Shown in pieces: positions 63,601 through 64,000 of a stretch of DNA of 64,000 nt. The stretch is from contig DF237232.1 in assembly GCA_000708835.1 (NCBI GenBank), positions 1-64,000 of the forward strand, in the 5' to 3' direction. A model generated the notes under the pieces. That model saw nothing but the letters and a program-made list of their open reading frames with translations, was not told the origin of the DNA and did no database searches. The stretch is from Klebsormidium nitens. Its lineage: Eukaryota > Plantae > Klebsormidiophyceae. Position 1 is the stretch's first letter. Each line of letters opens with the position of its first letter. Both the position numbers and the translations under genes were made by a program.

Positions 63601-64000
63601 AAGTTGGAAGAGCGCCTCACTTTGGCACTTGGTTCAGGTCATCCCCTCCCTTGTGTTCCTTGGGCTGGGCCAGCGGGTTGGCGAGGCAGAGGGTACGGTT
63701 GAGTATGCGTGCAGTGTAGGCTGCAGAGATGAACTCCTGCAGCTGGTTCCCCACCCCCCACCTCTCGTCCACCATGGGGAACAGAAACTGCTCCGGCCCA
63801 TCAGGGCTCGCGGCCCCGGCATCCCAGCGATCCCCCCTCGTGATGGACCCTTCACCGGAGCTGCTGAACGTGACCGTCTGCGTGACTGTCACGGACGTCT
63901 CTGCGACCCACTGGCCCTTGCGCCACTTGAAGGCGGGTGTGCTGTTCTTGAGCAGTGCCAGGAGCTGCCCCGCCAGCCCCGCCGCGGGCAGGCCCAGCAG
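60602..64000 (-). CDS. GDP-fucose O-fucosyltransferase-like glycosyltransferase (POFUT/O-FucT fold); 5' part lies beyond the window
   Basis: FLFPMVDERWGVGNQLQEF..AYTARILNRTL; PK|WSDHFLVDSLRPVVRV; YLALHWRVEE; TLFLSTDG; EQEVSQRGAVFLGTSESSWS. These parallel the GNQ, HxR, xTD and SS motifs of protein O-fucosyltransferases. Stop at 60602-60604. Confidence 0.7.

Noticed and set aside
1-64000. CRISPR arrays, rRNA, tRNA, prokaryotic operons, intact transposase or reverse transcriptase
   Set aside because: None was recognised by eye. The window is spliceosomal-intron-containing eukaryotic DNA. A tRNAscan/Infernal/RepeatModeler run would be needed to exclude small RNAs and repeats formally.

Overview
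Eukaryotic, intron-rich nuclear DNA with GC-rich exons and GT-AG introns. It is most likely from a streptophyte green alga (Klebsormidium-like). That assignment is an inference from a plant-type bifunctional LKR/SDH, SMT1, a plant STAT-like/CudA-type domain and telo-boxes occurring alongside ciliary genes. About 11 multi-exon genes can be traced by eye, in strictly alternating orientation: MFSD1-like transporter (-), CEP162 (+), unknown protein (-), SMT1 (+), NEK kinase with NEK11-type tail (-), LKR/SDH (+), AP-3 delta (-), unknown coiled-coil protein (+), double-p25alpha TPPP (-), STATL/CudA-domain protein lacking SH2 (+), and an O-fucosyltransferase-like gene (-, runs off the window). The tail-to-tail gaps hold AT-richer, degenerate coding-like sequence, hairpins and a (GTAT)25 microsatellite. 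There is one 588-nt assembly gap flanked by telomere-like motifs. No rRNA, tRNA, CRISPR or intact transposase was recognised. Gene names come from recalled family motifs, not database searches, and exon boundaries were read by eye.
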